Shown: positions 28,781-36,951, counted from the first letter of the stretch. The stretch is DNA of 44,222 nt from a virus (IMGVR_UViG_3300027790_000011:1-44222), one strand, 5' to 3'. Notes: generated by a model not told the origin, from the letters alone. A program made the numbers and translations.

Positions 28781-29512
28781 CGCACTAATCCGGACTTGTG
28801 CAATCTTGAAATATTGCTCATCGAGTTCTATCCCAATGAATGAGCGGTTAAGGTTCTTGCAAGCCACGCCAGTAGTTCCACTGCCCATTGTGAAATCTAA
28901 AACCGTCTCGCCTTCGTTGGTGTAGGTTTTGATCAGGTACTCCATTAGGGCTACCGGCTTCTGAGTTGGGTGATAGCCTCTTCCTTCGCGGCAGTTAAAT
29001 CGTATCTGGCTAGTCGGGTACTTTTCATTATAAGTCTTGCCTGCCTCACCAAAAGCCTTGGATGCCTCGGTTACAGCTATCGGAATCGCCTTGCTTTGCT
29101 TGTTCCCGCCTTTCTTTATGGCCTTGTCGCGCTTTACCATTTGAGGGAAGTAATTTGGTTGCTTACCTGTTTTTGTAAAGACCAAAACATCTTCGTGGTC
29201 TTTCAGTGGCTGACGTTTTGCTTGAACGAAGTTTGCGGCAAAGCACTTATCCCAAACCCAACAAAAGGCGAATCCGCCCATATTGCTAGATATCAGTGTC
29301 GTTGTGAACGGCTGGCTTGCAGTCATCACAATAGCCCCATTAGGCTTAATCACCCGTTTCAACTGCTCCCACATTGGCTCTAACGGGATAATCGAATCCC
29401 ACTTGCAGGCCGTTGTCCCATAAGGCGGATCAGCAAGCACCATGTCCACGGCCCCGGCTTCAATGCCTTGAAGTAGCTCAAGGCAATCGCCACGCATTAG
29501 TCGAATCGTCAT
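28775..29512 (-). CDS. DNA N6-adenine/N4-cytosine methyltransferase (beta class), cassette ORF
   Basis: DPPY catalytic motif precedes HPTQKP and LDFTMGSGTT. Confidence 0.92.
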   Translation of the reverse strand: MTIRLMRGDCLELLQGIEAGAVDMVLADPPYGTTACKWDSIIPLEPMWEQLKRVIKPNGAIVMTASQPFTTTLISSNMGGFAFCWVWDKCFAANFVQAKRQPLKDHEDVLVFTKTGKQPNYFPQMVKRDKAIKKGGNKQSKAIPIAVTEASKAFGEAGKTYNEKYPTSQIRFNCREGRGYHPTQKPVALMEYLIKTYTNEGETVLDFTMGSGTTGVACKNLNRSFIGIELDEQYFKIAQVRISAA

Positions 29513-29537
29513 GTATTCATAGTCCTGTGCTGGTGCG

Positions 29538-29597
29538 GCCTAACAAGGCAATCTAGCGGACAACAAAAAGCGTTGCCGCTAATCGCTGGCGTTATGC
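29538..29597 (+). other. attC site 2
   Basis: GCCTAAC-AAGGC-AAT(C)TAGCGG(A)CAAC..GTTGCCGCTAAT..GTTATGC. Confidence 0.88.
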
Positions 29598-29906
29598 CTC
29601 TAGTGGCTCAAATAGAACCTCATCCAACTCCCACCAAGCCGCAATCTCCACCATGCCAAACTCCCCCCTCTGTTCTGGGTTATATGTGGCTAGGTATAAA
29701 TAATCCCCAGCCCCCTTAGAGAACGCATCTACGTAAGTTTCATCAGGGTTTTCTAAAAAATCATTTACAATGTCATCTAGTGTGTCAGCAGTAAAATGCC
29801 CGTCTACACCACAAATGAACGCTTCATCTTCACCGTTATAAAAAAACTGAACGTAGTTCTTGCCGCGCTTAGTGGGCATAACAATGCTATCAATCGGATT
29901 GCTCAT
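29592..29906 (-). CDS. Hypothetical acidic protein, cassette ORF
   Basis: GAGGAGG RBS and ATG lie inside attC3; stop at the TTA of the core site. Confidence 0.7.
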   Translation of the reverse strand: MSNPIDSIVMPTKRGKNYVQFFYNGEDEAFICGVDGHFTADTLDDIVNDFLENPDETYVDAFSKGAGDYLYLATYNPEQRGEFGMVEIAAWWELDEVLFEPLEA

Positions 29907-29950
29907 TCGTCGTTCCTCCTCATTCTCAACCGCTTATAGCGGGGTTATAC
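29876..29950 (+). other. attC site 3
   Basis: GCATAAC-AATGC-TAT(C)AATCGG(A)TTG...CAACCGCTTATAGC-GGG-GTTATAC. Confidence 0.85.
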
Positions 29951-30160
29951 GTCAACTTCGTAATCCGGCTCATCAACAAAATATAGGCATCTAGGTAACA
30001 GTGTTATTGCATCTAGCTTGCTATCTATCTGAAACATATTATTTCCACGCACAATAATACCATCGAGCTGTGTCACTAGCCGATCGCCTTCTTGCCACAC
30101 AAAAACCGGCAGCTTGTCCCATTGCTTTGTATGCAGCGTTATCGCCTCGCTCTTTTTCAT
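29945..30160 (-). CDS. Hypothetical protein, cassette ORF (start revised to MKKSE)
   Basis: GGAG RBS 8 nt upstream; stop at the core site. Confidence 0.6.
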   Translation of the reverse strand: MKKSEAITLHTKQWDKLPVFVWQEGDRLVTQLDGIIVRGNNMFQIDSKLDAITLLPRCLYFVDEPDYEVDV

Positions 30161-30185
30161 ATTCATCACTCCGTAGTTAGTAGCC

Positions 30186-30247
30186 GTATAACAAGGCATT
30201 CGTTTGGACGAGTAAAGAGCACTCGCCACACAATTTAATCGTTAGGC
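30186..30247 (+). other. attC site 4
   Basis: GTATAAC-AAGGC-ATT(C)GTTTGG(A)CGAGT..ACTCGCCACACAAT..GTTAGGC. Confidence 0.85.
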
Positions 30248-30520
30248 GTCTGCTTTTTCCAGCTCGAACGCGGTGCATGTTGGCTGACCGTCGGAATCGA
30301 TAATCCACTCTCTTGGATATTCTGCATCATTGGTATCGAACGCCATCGTTAGGCCAATAATTTCACAACCACCAGAATATGTTTTTGGGTCTAAATTGTC
30401 GTGTTTACACTTAGAGCAAAATGCTGACATGAAAATTTCGCCCTCAGTACCATTGCTTGGGCGATACGATTCTCCGGCGCGTTCTTTCATTCTTTCTGCC
30501 ATGCTGTCTACATGGATCAT
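30242..30520 (-). CDS. Cys-containing hypothetical protein, cassette ORF
   Basis: YRPSNGTEG..F...FCSKC...C.I...EW....GQPTCTAF; GGAG RBS. Confidence 0.7.
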   Translation of the reverse strand: MIHVDSMAERMKERAGESYRPSNGTEGEIFMSAFCSKCKHDNLDPKTYSGGCEIIGLTMAFDTNDAEYPREWIIDSDGQPTCTAFELEKADA

Positions 30521-30533
30521 CTCAATCTCCCGC

Positions 30534-30590
30534 GCCTAACAAGGCGCTCAATCCGACGCACTACGTGCGCGGCTTAGCTTTGGGTTATAC
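30534..30590 (+). other. attC site 5 (aadA-like)
   Basis: GCCTAAC-AAGGC-GCT(C)AATCCG(A)CGCAC-TAC-GTGCGCGGCTTAGC-TTTGG-GTTATAC. Confidence 0.92.
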
Positions 30591-31148
30591 CCACTGCTCA
30601 ACTATGGCAGCAGCCACGCCATCAAAAGTTTTGCTACGGTCGCGCTTGCGTGTTTCGCTTGGAGGCATCTTCCATATCCTTTGCTCTCGCCCCTCTACAA
30701 CGTTGGTGGGCTTCAACGGCTCCAGGTTGTGCAGCGCAAATCCTGTTTTCTTTGTTTCACCGTGCCCATGTTCCCACGGCTGAATGTAATGCACGTTCGG
30801 CAGCTCTTTGAAAATCACACTTACTGGGTTTTCTAATGCAACCTTGTTCGCGTGTTTCTTCGCCAGTTCCCAAAGCTGTTTAGTCCATTCAACTTGGGTC
30901 AACCGCTTGTCGTGCATCGGCATCCCCTCCCCGTACCACCGATTACCACTAACAGCCATCGCGGTGCAGTCTGGGTGCAGAATGATTAAATCCCAATACC
31001 GCGTAGGTATCACTTCCATAATATCCTGCTGGTAATGCCAGTCAGGGTTGCCGCGTGTAGGTTGCAGGTCACAGCTATAAGCCACAAAACCCGCATTCCT
31101 GAAAGCCTTTGTTATCGTCTGGCTTTCTTCGCATCCTACTAAAATCAT
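30585..31148 (-). CDS. DNA cytosine methyltransferase-like protein, cassette ORF (start revised to MILVG)
   Basis: LVGCEES, SCDL, HPDCT (motif IV-like), ENP (motif VI) and RSKTF motifs; GGAGG RBS. Confidence 0.7.
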   Translation of the reverse strand: MILVGCEESQTITKAFRNAGFVAYSCDLQPTRGNPDWHYQQDIMEVIPTRYWDLIILHPDCTAMAVSGNRWYGEGMPMHDKRLTQVEWTKQLWELAKKHANKVALENPVSVIFKELPNVHYIQPWEHGHGETKKTGFALHNLEPLKPTNVVEGREQRIWKMPPSETRKRDRSKTFDGVAAAIVEQWV

Positions 31149-31172
31149 AATCCCCTCCAATGTGCAAAGTGG

Positions 31173-31225
31173 GTATAACAAAGCAATCAACGGGACGTTC
31201 CGCCCGTTATCGCGTGTGGTTAGCT
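31173..31225 (+). other. attC site 6
   Basis: GTATAAC-AAAGC-AAT(C)AACGGG(A)CG-TTC-CGCCCGTTAT..GTTAGCT. Confidence 0.85.
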
Positions 31226-31495
31226 GCCGTATTCACCGTCGTGGTAATACTGCTGAAAATAACGTTTTGCTTCGCGTTCAGAGCCCTCCAACGTCGGAGC
31301 GTCAACGCTCCACAGCCCCTTTTTGCACTTAATGGAAACCCGGTCACCTTCATCAATGGTCGTAGTATTTTCTGCATATGCCTGATCAACCCTGCTTAGT
31401 GTCATGGCTCGGTGTTGTGCCTCTTTATCAGCCGCTAGATACTCCCGCTCTTGTATATCTAATGAAGCTTTTGAAATCTTAGCTAACCGTCTCAT
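31220..31495 (-). CDS. Hypothetical protein, cassette-derived ORF
   Basis: Bounded by GTTAGCT (31219) and AGCTAAC (31481); ATGA overlap with the exonuclease stop. Confidence 0.6.
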   Translation of the reverse strand: MRRLAKISKASLDIQEREYLAADKEAQHRAMTLSRVDQAYAENTTTIDEGDRVSIKCKKGLWSVDAPTLEGSEREAKRYFQQYYHDGEYGS

Positions 31496-32370
31496 TGCTC
31501 ACTCCCCGCCATAAACTCTGCGTAGGTTTTGTTGTACGTCTGCTCAAGGGGCTTACGCAGCATCCACAGCAGCATAGCATTCCTCTCGAACACATCTTCC
31601 ATACCGTTCTCTTTGTATACTTGTAGTACTTTTTGTTTACACTCTTTCCCAGATAACCCATGCAGTAGTTTTTCAGCGGTAACATCGCCGACCCTCGGCA
31701 CTCCGGGTATGTCATCTGCTGAGTCCCCGGTTAACATCTGTTTCCAGAAGCTGTTCAATCCCTCCTCCTCGGTGATATACCACACCTCTCCCTTGCTCCA
31801 ACTGTACCTCCACCCAGGTACCATGTCCAGGTCTTTATCAATCGTACAGATAATGCTGGGTGTACCACGTTTAGCTGCGTTACATTGCTCAATAGCTACC
31901 GCATCATCGGCCTCTATCTCGTGGTGTACCACCGCTCCCCAGTGCTTAATTAAGTAATCTTCAACAGTTGGCAAATGGTACGGTTTAGGCGTATCCATGC
32001 GGCTGTGTTTATATTCAGGGTACACACCGAACCGGAAACACTTACCACGTGTTAAGTGTACTTGGTATGATGTAGCACCAGACGCCTTCAGTATACCTTC
32101 CAGCATCCTCTTTACTGTGAATCGACAATAAGTATCCGGCTCAGGTACCACTAACTCGGTGTACTCCCCCGGAAGTTGCTCTAGAACGGCTTTCTTTTGG
32201 AACACACCTGGAACCACATTGGTTACACCATTAGACAGCGCTGTCACCTGCATCCCCTGCTTAACTTTCTTAATACTGAACTGCTCGCCGTCCTCGTCCT
32301 GGTACACAGTCTTCTGGCAAGCGAAGCCGCAGGCGTACTTCAGTATGTCGGCATCAATCTGGGCGTGCAT
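31492..32370 (-). CDS. 5'-3' exonuclease (T7 gp6 / RNase H-like; start revised to MHAQIDAD)
   Basis: IDAD, YKHSR, EADD, IDKDL and GDSADDIPGV..VG..TA motifs. Confidence 0.9.
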   Translation of the reverse strand: MHAQIDADILKYACGFACQKTVYQDEDGEQFSIKKVKQGMQVTALSNGVTNVVPGVFQKKAVLEQLPGEYTELVVPEPDTYCRFTVKRMLEGILKASGATSYQVHLTRGKCFRFGVYPEYKHSRMDTPKPYHLPTVEDYLIKHWGAVVHHEIEADDAVAIEQCNAAKRGTPSIICTIDKDLDMVPGWRYSWSKGEVWYITEEEGLNSFWKQMLTGDSADDIPGVPRVGDVTAEKLLHGLSGKECKQKVLQVYKENGMEDVFERNAMLLWMLRKPLEQTYNKTYAEFMAGSEQ

Positions 32371-32557
32371 TATAACCCCGTACGCTTTCACCTCTGAACC
32401 CGCAGTTAGGTGCGCGAAGGTCGGCGAGACTGATAGGTAGGCGCATCTCGTTAGCCCTGTCGCGCTCCTCGTCCGTGAGGAACCTGTAACAGTCACGGTT
32501 AAAACACTCACCGCGAAAGCTGCGTAAGCAGAAAGCGCGGTCTTTGTAGCAAATCAT
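32354..32557 (-). CDS. Small Cys-rich hypothetical protein
   Basis: MICYKDRAFC...C...C.R. Confidence 0.55.
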   Translation of the reverse strand: MICYKDRAFCLRSFRGECFNRDCYRFLTDEERDRANEMRLPISLADLRAPNCGFRGESVRGYNARPD

Positions 32558-32561
32558 GTCA

Positions 32562-33089
32562 TCACCACGGAATGTCGTCGTCAAACTCAGGCGCGGGGCT
32601 TGATTGCGCTGGCGTAGCGGCTGGTGCTGGTGCAGCTTGCGGCTGCGGCATAGGCTGCGGCATAGGCTGCGGCATAGGCTGTGCCGCTGGTTGTGCTGTT
32701 TTACTGGCAGTGTAGTTCGCCACTACAGCTTCAGATCGCTCAGTGATTCGTTTAACTAACTCGAACAACACATCAAGGTCTTTCCCTTCCTCGCCAAGGA
32801 TGGTTGCGGCTACTAATATGTTATGCCCGATAATAGGGCCATACTTGTCAACAGGGTCTTTTTTGTAGCCACCCCGCCTACCGCCTGAGCTGCCGCTGTA
32901 CGACTGCCCTGGCGTGATCTGTAATTGTTCAGCGTACAAGCGCCCGTCATTGGCTTGGGTAGCCACAAATGTTACTGAATCGCCCCTCTTGGGGCACTGG
33001 CTACCTTCTGGGATGTTGTACCACTGCTCATTTATTTTAAATCCTGAGCCGTTGCGGTTAGCGGCCTGTACCTTACCTGTTACATTCAT
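32562..33089 (-). CDS. Putative phage single-stranded DNA-binding protein
   Basis: OB-like N-terminus, (QPMP)3 linker, acidic EFDDDIPW tail; between polymerase and exonuclease. Confidence 0.65.
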   Translation of the reverse strand: MNVTGKVQAANRNGSGFKINEQWYNIPEGSQCPKRGDSVTFVATQANDGRLYAEQLQITPGQSYSGSSGGRRGGYKKDPVDKYGPIIGHNILVAATILGEEGKDLDVLFELVKRITERSEAVVANYTASKTAQPAAQPMPQPMPQPMPQPQAAPAPAATPAQSSPAPEFDDDIPW

Positions 33090-33202
33090 TGTGTTTTCCT
33101 TTGTGGTTGGTTTCTTCGTTCACATCTTGAATCACGTATTCAACCTGTAAGCATCTTTTACAACTAAGGGTATAAATCATGGTTAGGCTCTAAACATACC
33201 AT

Positions 33203-35239
33203 TTAGTGTATGTCCTTCCACGTATCGCCTACGTGATACTCGGACAATAAAGGTACACGAAAGTTCAACATTTCTCCAGCCTTCCTGATGGACTGCACAC
33301 CAAGTTCCCCTACAATATCTGCATATTCCGGGGTAGTCTCCGCCACCGCTTCGTCGTGGTAGTGTATGATTTGTATTGCGGGTATGCCCTGTTTTCGGAT
33401 TTGGCTGTACCACCACACCATAGCATATTTCATGGCGATGATCCCTGCTGATTGGAATAACGAGTTCCCCCGCGAGTGTTTGTATCTGCACGGCACCAAC
33501 CGCCCGTCAATCCCAGGAACCCACTTACCGTCATAACTGTCAGCTATAGCATCTAGTTTATCCAAGAACAGGCGTAATGGTTGGTTCCTTGCCCACCAGT
33601 CCTCCCAGTACATCTCTGCAAGTGCCAGGTCAATCCCTAGCACCTCAGCTAGTTTAGGCGGCCTGCACATGTACTGCAGGGCGTAGTGTCCATTTTTGGT
33701 CTTCTGCCTTTCCATGACCCAGTTCTCTGCATTCTCTGCGTGAACATCAAACTCCGGGTTCAGGATTTTCTCAACGTACTCAGCTCCACCTTTTTCATTA
33801 CAAACGTAATGAGCCTTGCACCTATCTTCAAGTGAGCTTGCATCCCACCCCACAAGAACCTTACCTTCATCCGCACGGAACATGCTTCGCATCTGCTCGC
33901 CGTACAATGACGAGGGGCGCGGGATATTCACAATAACCCGGTGTCTGAACCGGAACGTGCCAGTACCAATTGTATCCGCATCAGAGGGGAGGGCTTTATC
34001 TAAGGCAAGCCGTGGGTGGTGTAACCACCCGGTACCATTCTCTGAGCAGATAACATTACGCCGGTTACTGTAACTTAAGTAGTCTTTAATTTTGTGGACA
34101 ACTGGGACAATATCCGCTAGCGCTTCCAGGTTCTCACACATCTTTCCCTGAGAGTGGAACTTGGGGCTGGTTCTGGTTTTAGAACCGTCTGGTTCTTTTT
34201 TAATGTTCCACATCGTGGGTTGCCACCCGTGCTCCTCCTGAAGCCATACCTTAACATCGGCTGAGTCACTTATCTTCATGGGTTCTGTAGCCTGTAACGG
34301 CTTATCATCCGGCCAGTCCACCAGCCGCATCTCTTGCTCGGTACCGTGGAATATGGTCCAGATAGGGTAGTCTTCTGTCCCTGTGTTTGTTATCTGTTTG
34401 AAATACTTCTCCGCATGAACACTTGGTGTGTTGTTTTTCCGTATCCTTGATGCGGCTTTAGGTGGGTTCTTAACCTTTGAACAAGGTATGTTACGTGGTG
34501 GTAACAACGGCTCTACCTCGCCCGCCAGCTTTGCCATTCTCTGGTCTAAATCTTTTATACATTCCTCGGCCAAGCCGGTATCAAGACACACGCCGTGTTC
34601 AGCGCCTTGGGTGATGATCCACCGCACAGCTTGCTCGCACTGCAAGGGGCGCTTCATGTCAAGATTCAGGCTGCGTGCCTCCTTTGTCAGCGCATCGTAC
34701 ACCGCTTTAGTAATCGCCACATCAGCTTGGCACTGAGCTATCTTGAGTTGTAACGGGGCGTCCATACTACCCCCGTACACCAACTTGGGTTTTGTCATGC
34801 CTAGCCGGTACGCCCAAACTTCAAGGCTGTGCGGCCCCGGTATTTTCTCCCCAACATAACTGGGTTTCCACTGGTCGGCAAAGCCTGTCGGTAATTCACG
34901 GTCCGGGTTCATTAGCTTTGACATAATCATAGTGTCAAGAAACTTAACCGCTACCCCATTAAAGTGGTCTGGAAGTAAAGAAAACTCTGCATTACAGAAC
35001 TTGTGCAGCATGGGCAAATCATAATCTATGATATTGTGCCCGATCAGTAAGGGTGTGCCAGGGCATTCTCGCACCGCACGGGAAAACTCCGCGTAAGTGT
35101 CGTGGCTGTTCTCTATTACTGCGCAGCTAGCCGTCCTACCCCTAGATTCTGCGTACAGACAATCAACCTTGGTGGCTTTCTGAGGCTCCCACTCGTGATA
35201 CAGGCCATCCGCTTCAATGTCAAAAAAGAATTCTGTCAT
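33203..35239 (-). CDS. polA: Family A DNA polymerase with 3'-5' exonuclease domain (T7-like)
   Basis: DIEAD, GHNIIDYD, HSLE.W, motif A DASSLEDR, motif B RQKTKNGHYALQY, motif C HDE. Confidence 0.95.
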   Translation of the reverse strand: MTEFFFDIEADGLYHEWEPQKATKVDCLYAESRGRTASCAVIENSHDTYAEFSRAVRECPGTPLLIGHNIIDYDLPMLHKFCNAEFSLLPDHFNGVAVKFLDTMIMSKLMNPDRELPTGFADQWKPSYVGEKIPGPHSLEVWAYRLGMTKPKLVYGGSMDAPLQLKIAQCQADVAITKAVYDALTKEARSLNLDMKRPLQCEQAVRWIITQGAEHGVCLDTGLAEECIKDLDQRMAKLAGEVEPLLPPRNIPCSKVKNPPKAASRIRKNNTPSVHAEKYFKQITNTGTEDYPIWTIFHGTEQEMRLVDWPDDKPLQATEPMKISDSADVKVWLQEEHGWQPTMWNIKKEPDGSKTRTSPKFHSQGKMCENLEALADIVPVVHKIKDYLSYSNRRNVICSENGTGWLHHPRLALDKALPSDADTIGTGTFRFRHRVIVNIPRPSSLYGEQMRSMFRADEGKVLVGWDASSLEDRCKAHYVCNEKGGAEYVEKILNPEFDVHAENAENWVMERQKTKNGHYALQYMCRPPKLAEVLGIDLALAEMYWEDWWARNQPLRLFLDKLDAIADSYDGKWVPGIDGRLVPCRYKHSRGNSLFQSAGIIAMKYAMVWWYSQIRKQGIPAIQIIHYHDEAVAETTPEYADIVGELGVQSIRKAGEMLNFRVPLLSEYHVGDTWKDIH

Positions 35240-35243
35240 AGTG

Positions 35244-36923
35244 CTATAGCTCCGCTGGCACTAACCTACCTGTCTCGTGGTTGTAGAACAACTTATCGGC
35301 TAGCCCGGTGAATCCCCACTCACGATTTTTTAGTACCCTGAGTGTTAAGATGTCAGCCTGACTGGTTGATTGTTGATCCCTCTCAGCCGCCCACACATTG
35401 AAACTTAGTGCCTCTAGTTGGCTTGATCCGCGAAGATCCGTTAAAGCAACCTCACCACCCGCGTTAAAAGACACATCCCGTCCTGAGCGTTTCAGGTGAA
35501 CCACGGCTATTACCCCGACACCTGTGCTGGTCACAAGTTCCGCTAATCGCGTCATCAGCACGTCAATATCTTTCCTTTCGTCGTGCGTGTCCAGTCCTGA
35601 GAGCACCATTGTTATGTGATCTAGCACAATAAAGTCACACCCCAGACCTGTGGCCAGGTAGTTAGCTTTTCGCATCAGCTTATCAGACTGCACTGACCCG
35701 AAGTGTTTAAAAAAGTGAAGCCGGTTCGATTTGAACAGCTTGTTATGGCTGGCCTGCCACTGCTCTGGCGTTAGCATACCTGGATTGACCCTCAACATAG
35801 CCAACGGCACGTTGTTATCAATAGCGATATACCCCTGGGCAGTCTTTTTCCACTGCTCCTCTAAGTATATGTTACCAATTGATAAATTATGCGTTTGAAC
35901 GCAGTGCGCGGCTAATTCTCTGGCGATAGTTGTTTTTCCTATCCCGCTTCCTGCGCACAAAAGCGTGATTTCCCCCTTGCGGAGGCCGTGTGTCTTGTGT
36001 TGCAGACTCGGCCACGGGAGTGAATACCCCTGCACAGATGGTTCCCGCAGCACTGACAGCTCCACGTTCGCCCCCTCGATAATACCCTCAGGGGTAAACG
36101 GCGGCGCCGTGTTCACGCAGTCGTAAAACTCACTGGCCCTCCCCTTGTGCAACATATCATAAGCATCTTTTTCTGGCAGTGTTACCAGACGCACATCGCA
36201 GTGAGGCGCCAGAACCTCCGCAAGCTCGTTAGCTGTGGCCATACCGGGTGTGTCTTGATCCAGACACAGCGCTACACAATCGAACTCTTGTAAGAAGCTA
36301 GCCTCTCTCCGCAGTGCTGCATCCAGCTTACCAGCCTCGTTCGCACCGTTCTGGAGAGAGACTACCGCGTAGTCTTTGTTTATGTTTCGGTACATACTGG
36401 CTACTGCCAGCGTGTCATCCTCGCCTTCTGTTACAATAATGAATTTGCGCCGTTTCGGTGAGATAAGGTGACGCCCGAAAAGGCATGATTTGTTGATCTT
36501 ACCTGTGATAGCAAAGAATTGCTTTGATGGTGTCTTTTTCTTAGCATCTATGATAACGCCCTGCTCATCCCTGTAGAAATACAGTACAGAGTCAGGCTCC
36601 CCCGTGCCACCAGTGCTGTACACCACACCATAATCGTGGCACACGTCTTGTCTGATCTCTTTCCGGAATGGGTGCCCTGTGCAATATTGCTGCACCATGG
36701 ACAGCTCTAGCTCCGCATCCTGGGCCTTTAACTCTCGGTTTGATCCGTGGTTCATATCACGCCCTGTAGTTTTCCTGTGTTGTTCAGTATGTTCTATCTG
36801 GTCAGTGGGGTAGTATGTGCCGCAGGCGTGGCAGTACCCGGTACCGTCAGGGTACAGTGTCATATTATCACCTGAGCGATCCCGCCCGCGCTCTTGGCAA
36901 TTCCTACACGGCAGTTTTTTCAT
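35244..36923 (-). CDS. Primase-helicase (T7 gp4-like)
   Basis: CxxC...CHAC Zn finger, TOPRIM EGEDD/DQD, GSGIGKT, LDHI, DLRGS, KNR. Confidence 0.95.
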   Translation of the reverse strand: MKKLPCRNCQERGRDRSGDNMTLYPDGTGYCHACGTYYPTDQIEHTEQHRKTTGRDMNHGSNRELKAQDAELELSMVQQYCTGHPFRKEIRQDVCHDYGVVYSTGGTGEPDSVLYFYRDEQGVIIDAKKKTPSKQFFAITGKINKSCLFGRHLISPKRRKFIIVTEGEDDTLAVASMYRNINKDYAVVSLQNGANEAGKLDAALRREASFLQEFDCVALCLDQDTPGMATANELAEVLAPHCDVRLVTLPEKDAYDMLHKGRASEFYDCVNTAPPFTPEGIIEGANVELSVLREPSVQGYSLPWPSLQHKTHGLRKGEITLLCAGSGIGKTTIARELAAHCVQTHNLSIGNIYLEEQWKKTAQGYIAIDNNVPLAMLRVNPGMLTPEQWQASHNKLFKSNRLHFFKHFGSVQSDKLMRKANYLATGLGCDFIVLDHITMVLSGLDTHDERKDIDVLMTRLAELVTSTGVGVIAVVHLKRSGRDVSFNAGGEVALTDLRGSSQLEALSFNVWAAERDQQSTSQADILTLRVLKNREWGFTGLADKLFYNHETGRLVPAEL

Positions 36924-36924
36924 T

Positions 36925-36951
36925 CACGTTCCTGTACACGTTCCTGTACAC
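36925..36951. repeat. 12-bp tandem repeat directly upstream of the primase-helicase start
   Basis: CACGTTCCTGTA x2 plus CAC. Confidence 0.8.

Larger units (their letters stand above)
28112..31487 (+). mobile_element. Integron-type gene cassette array without an integrase (CALIN-like): 8 cassettes or cassette remnants
   Basis: Six complete attC sites separating single ORFs, plus partial sites at both ends and at 28458. Confidence 0.85.

Noticed and set aside
28723-31225. Intergenic hairpins as rho-independent terminators, REP elements or a CRISPR array
   Set aside because: No U-tracts, the sequences are not identical repeats, the spacers are whole genes, and the TAAC/GTTA boxes with bulged bases fit attC
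32636-32685. 12-bp tandem repeat GGCTGCGGCATA
   Set aside because: Simply encodes the QPMP linker of the SSB-like protein
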